Below are positions 32,064 to 35,946 of a stretch of 35,946 nt of DNA, in pieces. Location of the stretch: contig CAXUCM010000001.1 in the NCBI GenBank assembly GCA_964249315.1, positions 1 to 35,946 of the forward strand. The letters are read 5' to 3'. The notes below the pieces were generated by a model that was not told where the DNA came from, made no database searches, and saw only the letters and a program-made list of their open reading frames with translations. Source of the stretch: an uncultured Acetobacteraceae bacterium. Its GTDB lineage: Bacteria; Pseudomonadota; Alphaproteobacteria; Acetobacterales; Acetobacteraceae. Made by a program: the position numbers and the translations under genes. How positions within the stretch are numbered: position 1 is the stretch's first letter; the number at the start of each line of letters is the position of its first letter.

Positions 32064-34229
32064 TCAGCCGTCCATGACGCAGCGGAAGCCGATGGTCCCG
32101 GAACGGTCTATGCTGGGCGCCATCAGGAGATACTTGCCATGTTCCGACAGCTTGTAGGCCTGTGGAAAGTACCAGCGGGCGCCCAAAGGACGATAATGGC
32201 TGCCGCCTCGGACGATGGCGGCGCGCGTATGGTCGTCACGCCATTCATCCGTCCACTGCCAGACATTCCCTACCATGTCGAGGACGCCGAACGGGCTGGA
32301 CCCGCGCGGATGGGCGTGGACGTCGCTGGCCGGCAGCATGCGCCGCCCATTGTCTGAAGCTGCTACGTTGGCGTCCTCCCAGCCGTCTCCCCAGGGATAG
32401 TCGCGCCCGTCCAGGCCTTGGGCGGCATACTGCCACTCCCACTCGTGCGGCAATCGTCTTCCAGCCCACTTCGCGTAGGCGCGAGCATCCTCGATGGAAA
32501 CCCAGGTCACGGGCTTGTTGTCCCAGCCTTTCGGGTAGGTGCCGTCCGTCCAGTCACGCAGGAAGTTGTGGTCGTCCTCGGGATGATAGCGGGTCGCGTC
32601 CACAAACTGCTTGAACTGCCGGTTGGTCACCGGCGTGACGTCGATCCAGAACGGCGCGATGTGCACCATGGTGTCGTGATAGCGACGGGGGGACGGCTCG
32701 CCGGCGTATTGGACGTCGACGCCGTCGTCGTCTCCGCCCTCGATCTCCACCCCGTTCACGCGAAACCGGAAGTCCGCCGCGGGGATGTGCGACATGCCCG
32801 GCGGAGGCGTCGCGGGTGCCCTCGTCGCCGCGATCGCCACGACGGATTGGGGCAGCGCCGTCCAGGCCTTGGAGAGGCTGGCCAGGGGCGTGGCGGACAG
32901 GGTCCGCGCCTGCACGAGCAGCCTTGCAAGGTCCTGCGTGACGTCGGCCGTGGCCAGGACCGCGCCGAATCCGTCCGGCTCGAGATCGAACGACAGGATG
33001 TCCCGGCCCCGTTCGGATCCCGGGCGGAGCTCGATCCCGTTCCAGAGATCGAAGTAGCGCATCCCGACCTGACGCGGAACGGAGAGCTGGCTTCCGCCGA
33101 CGCCGAAATGGTTGCGGTTGACGATCGTCCACAGCGTCGCCGAGGCCATCGGCCACCGGCTGGCGAACACGCCATACTGGCGGGTCGGGCTGTAGGGCTC
33201 CCAGCCCTGGGAGACCAGGAACTGGCGGCCGAAGCGTTCGATCATCGCGATCCGCCGCAACGCCGCGGCGTCGCGCGGCGTCAGGCCGTTCCACTCGCCC
33301 CAGACGTCCTCCCAGCTCTCGAAGCCCGAACCGTTGAAGAAGGCGAACTGCAGATCGTCCGTATGGTCGTGCATCAGCCGATCGGAGACGTGCACCATGT
33401 GGCGCGGCTCCAGCCATTTGTAGCGGCTGACGGTGGGAACGAACCCGTAGTCCCAATAGCCCCAACTCATCGCGTTCCAACCCAGCATCTCATCCGAGAC
33501 CGGCCCGATCTCCGGCTCGAAGGCGAGTGCGCGGCCGGCCTGTTCGGAGGCGGTGCGGAACGAGTGCGGCAGCCCGTCCATGGTGTCGCCGTTCATGCCG
33601 TCGGCGCCGACGTCGGCCACTTCCCTGGCGATCGCCAACGCATCGGGGGTGCCCGTATCGCGCGTCCCCTGGTCCCAGGGCAGGAAGGGAAACAGCACCT
33701 TGACGCCTCGGGCATGGAAGTCGGCGACGAACGTGCGAATGCCCGCGACGCCGCCCGGCAGATCGTGGAACAGGTCGTACTGGTTGCGGTCGTCGACGCC
33801 GAGGTTCGGATAGACGGGCCAGACCAGCACGCTGTCGATCCCGCCGTAGCGACGGTCGAGGTCGTCGAGGTAGCGTTGCACGGTGTAGCGATGCGTCCCG
33901 GCGTCGTAGAAGAAGCGGTCGTGCGCCATCATCTGCGGTTGCACCAGGCTCGACTGGGTCCACCGCAGGGCGGGAAGGCTGTATTCGGCGTCGCTGTAGC
34001 CTGAGCGGATGTGGCGCTCGGCCCGCCAATGCGTCGCATCGTCGCGCCACGCCTGCAGCTGCTCGTCGCGGCAGGGCTGCGGCGCAGTCCGTACCTCCCA
34101 GGTCGGCGGGATCGCGCAGGTCGGTCCCGCGATCTGTTGGCCCGGAAACATCAGTGCCGTTTCCTGCGCCGAGCCGCTGGACCCGAAGCCGAGCCCGACC
34201 AGGGCGATTAGTGGAAAGAAGCAGCGCAC
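32064..34229 (-). CDS. Secreted protein with GH-like N-terminal domain and C-terminal FGE-sulfatase (SUMF1-fold) domain
   Basis: Signal peptide. C-terminal VTNRQFKQF, PVTWVS, RLPHEWEWQYAA, YPWG, DMVGNVWQW, RGGS, GFRC. N-terminal FVADFHARGVKV...GADGMNGD...FEPE resembles a TIM-barrel glycosidase. Confidence 0.85.
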   Translation of the reverse strand: MRCFFPLIALVGLGFGSSGSAQETALMFPGQQIAGPTCAIPPTWEVRTAPQPCRDEQLQAWRDDATHWRAERHIRSGYSDAEYSLPALRWTQSSLVQPQMMAHDRFFYDAGTHRYTVQRYLDDLDRRYGGIDSVLVWPVYPNLGVDDRNQYDLFHDLPGGVAGIRTFVADFHARGVKVLFPFLPWDQGTRDTGTPDALAIAREVADVGADGMNGDTMDGLPHSFRTASEQAGRALAFEPEIGPVSDEMLGWNAMSWGYWDYGFVPTVSRYKWLEPRHMVHVSDRLMHDHTDDLQFAFFNGSGFESWEDVWGEWNGLTPRDAAALRRIAMIERFGRQFLVSQGWEPYSPTRQYGVFASRWPMASATLWTIVNRNHFGVGGSQLSVPRQVGMRYFDLWNGIELRPGSERGRDILSFDLEPDGFGAVLATADVTQDLARLLVQARTLSATPLASLSKAWTALPQSVVAIAATRAPATPPPGMSHIPAADFRFRVNGVEIEGGDDDGVDVQYAGEPSPRRYHDTMVHIAPFWIDVTPVTNRQFKQFVDATRYHPEDDHNFLRDWTDGTYPKGWDNKPVTWVSIEDARAYAKWAGRRLPHEWEWQYAAQGLDGRDYPWGDGWEDANVAASDNGRRMLPASDVHAHPRGSSPFGVLDMVGNVWQWTDEWRDDHTRAAIVRGGSHYRPLGARWYFPQAYKLSEHGKYLLMAPSIDRSGTIGFRCVMDG

Positions 34230-34246
34230 GATGTGGTCCTCGTTCA

Positions 34247-34610
34247 GGTTCTGTCAGCTCTCGCGCCAACTATTGATTCGGTGGCGGCCGGATGGCTGAC
34301 GCAGCGTCGCCATCGGGCGGGGTTCCTGGATGAGCCGCGTATGCTGTGGCTCAGCGGCCGTGCCCGAACGGCCGATGTCACGACAAGCGGCTACTGGCGG
34401 TTCCGCTGCCGCAGCTGCGGGCGGCAGTTCCACAAGCGCAGAGGCAGGGTATTGAACCGCATCTGCCTGCCCAGCGACATCATCGCCTTCATGGTGTTCT
34501 GCAGGCTCCGCTACCGGCTGACGCTGCGCAACCTTATCGAGATCATGGCGCTTCGCGAGGTCGAGTTGAGCCATGAAGCCGTCCGGAACTGAGAAGCAAA
34601 GCTGCTGCCA
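34247..34610 (+). mobile_element. IS6-family remnant (left end plus broken transposase N-terminus)
   Basis: GGTTCTGTC IS6-like terminus. ATG 34330 with a frameshift, GYWRFRCRSCGRQF...PSDII...RLRYRLTLRNL...SHEAVRN, then TGA in place of W before EAKLLP. Confidence 0.8.
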
Positions 34611-34849
34611 ATACTCCGATACGCCGGCCTCTCATAGAGGCGCACAAACACTGCGGTGGCTGCAACGTCCAAGTTGGAGGCCAGTGCATACGCCTAGATG
34701 ATTTCGTTGTCGGACTTATGTGGTGAGGTCGTCGAGTGACAGCGTCAAGATAATCGTAGCCGGACGTGACCTGTCAACGAGAGCTTCCGCTTGCAATGGC
34801 TAAACAGAAACTGGCTCAGCTGTTGCGGGCGTGAGGGTGCAGGTGAAGT

Positions 34850-35005
34850 CTAGCTCTTGACGTGGGCGGCATAGGCCAGGATCAGCACACCTTCGCCATG
34901 GGACAAGATGTGCCAGACCGGCTTCCAGTAGACGCCCGTCGCTTCCGTCGCGAAGTGGGTGCAGCCGCACCCGGCCAGCCAGGCCGAGTGCGCCAGCCGG
35001 CCGCG
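34850..35005 (-). mobile_element. IS110-family transposase fragment
   Basis: My translation, in a frame not in the ORF track: SAWLAGCGCTHFATEATGVYWKPVWHILSHGEGVLILAYAAHVKS-stop, matching the DEDD-domain EATGVYWKP motif. Confidence 0.8.
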
Positions 35006-35378
35006 ACAAATGGCCCAAGCTCGGGACGTTCATCGACGACAGCGAGACCGACATGCTGGCGCACACGGACTTCCCAACCCCGCACCGCACCCGGATCCAC
35101 TCCATGAATTCGCTGGAGCGCCTGGACGAGGAGGTGAAACGCAGGGCCGACCTCGTCGGGATCTTCCCGAACGAGAGCTCCATCATCCGCCTGATCGGCG
35201 CCGTGCTGCTCGAGGCGAACGACGCGTGGCAGACCAGCACCGCGACATGCAGACCGAACCTATGGCAGAGCTCATCGCGCCCATCATCAACGTCGAGCCT
35301 GCACGGATCGCCACCGCAGCCGCGTGACCGTCAGCCGCCTCAGCGATACGCAATTCCACCACGTCGACGGATATGACC
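35002..35378 (+). mobile_element. IS256-family remnant (transposase C-terminus and right end)
   Basis: KWPKL...FP..HRTRIHSMNSLERLDEEVKRRADLVGIFPNESSIIRLIGAVLLE, frameshift near 35233, then terminus-like TTCCACCACGTCGACGGATATGACC. Confidence 0.85.
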
Positions 35379-35466
35379 ACCGTCCTTACGGTCGGCAGCG
35401 CAAATGAACACCAGCAGGCGGCGCATTGCCGGTGTACGGCCGGTCGTCGAGGGTGTAGGTCTGAGG

Positions 35467-35585
35467 TGCGGGTTGTGGTGTCATGTCGCCCGGCATTCCG
35501 GGGGATGCCCACCCGCCAATCCGGAATGATGTTGCCCATGATTTCGATGGGATGTCGTCCACCATTCCGATCTGAAGTCGCTCGG
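35467..35585 (+). mobile_element. IS21-family-like terminal region with about 23-bp degenerate tandem repeats
   Basis: Begins TGCG, followed by 4-5 degenerate units like ATTCCG-N4/5-GATG-NCGCCC. No istA or istB follows. Confidence 0.6.
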
Positions 35586-35617
35586 CTTGGCGGTCTTGAC
35601 CGGCTGGGTTGCCGATG

Positions 35618-35875
35618 CGGGAACCTCTCTGGCTTTTCCGATGAAGCAATGATACAGCGATGCGACGTATTGGTGCCCGCCGCCATGAAGCGGGTCATTA
35701 CGAAGGAGAATGCCAGCCGCATCCTCGCCGAGGGTGCCAACCGCCGACCACTCGGGAGGCCGACGAGATCCTCGACCACCTCCATCCCAACATATCCGTC
35801 GGCGTCATCGTGAGCTGTTTCGAATGGGTGCAGGACCTGCAGCACCTGTTCCGATCGAAGGCGGAGGTCAACATC
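35618..35875 (+). pseudogene. Glu/Leu/Phe/Val dehydrogenase C-terminal fragment
   Basis: CDVLVPAAMKRVITKENASRILAEGAN, frameshift, EADEIL...GVIVSCFEWVQDLQHLF...EVN, with internal deletions. Confidence 0.78.
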
Positions 35876-35891
35876 AACAGGGAGGCAGACA

Positions 35892-35946
35892 ATGAAAGCT
35901 TGTTTTGGGAACGCTACGGTCGCGGCGGGCGTGGCGGCACGCCGGT
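35892..35946 (+). CDS. Possible gene start running off the window (MKACFGNATVAAGVAARR...)
   Basis: GGGAGG SD before ATG 35892. Too short to assign. Confidence 0.3.
   Translation, partial: MKACFGNATVAAGVAARR

Noticed and set aside
32064-34229. True formylglycine-generating enzyme or EgtB
   Set aside because: Catalytic cysteines absent, no DinB-like EgtB domain recognised, no sulfatase nearby, and a signal peptide is present.
35467-35585. Tandem ~23-bp repeats as a CRISPR array or iterons
   Set aside because: Degenerate, no unique spacers, no cas or rep gene. They fit IS21-type transposase-binding repeats better.

Overview
High-GC, probably alphaproteobacterial DNA (the Acetobacteraceae-like look of the TonB receptor leader and repeats is my impression only). 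Nearly all real genes lie on the minus strand. Block 1 (70-25390) is a 17-gene co-directional catabolic cluster. In transcription order: TonB-dependent receptor, GMC oxidoreductase, APC permease, divergent GlpD-like flavoprotein, aldehyde dehydrogenase, luciferase-like monooxygenase, split aconitase X (two genes), OCD/mu-crystallin imine reductase, orphan divergent SucA-type E1, fused 5-oxoprolinase, mesaconyl-CoA isomerase (Mct)-like CoA transferase, methylsuccinyl-CoA dehydrogenase (Mcd)-like enzyme, LysR, SDR and a DAO-family flavoprotein. I infer a possibly undescribed pathway that degrades a methyl-branched (hydroxy)proline/pyrrolidine via methyl-2-oxoglutarate, methylsuccinyl-CoA and mesaconyl-CoA. 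Block 2 (25782-34229) is a decaying cluster of exported hydrolases: GH1 pseudogene, HSL esterase, GH2, cellulase-like/GH5-like protein and a GH-like/FGE-domain fusion. Block 3 (34247-35946) is a graveyard of IS6, IS110, IS256 and IS21 fragments plus a glutamate dehydrogenase-family remnant. A double-hairpin REP-like repeat occurs three times, twice as inverted doublets that bracket two GH genes. No rRNA, tRNA or CRISPR array was seen. All family calls come from motif recognition by eye, not from database searches.
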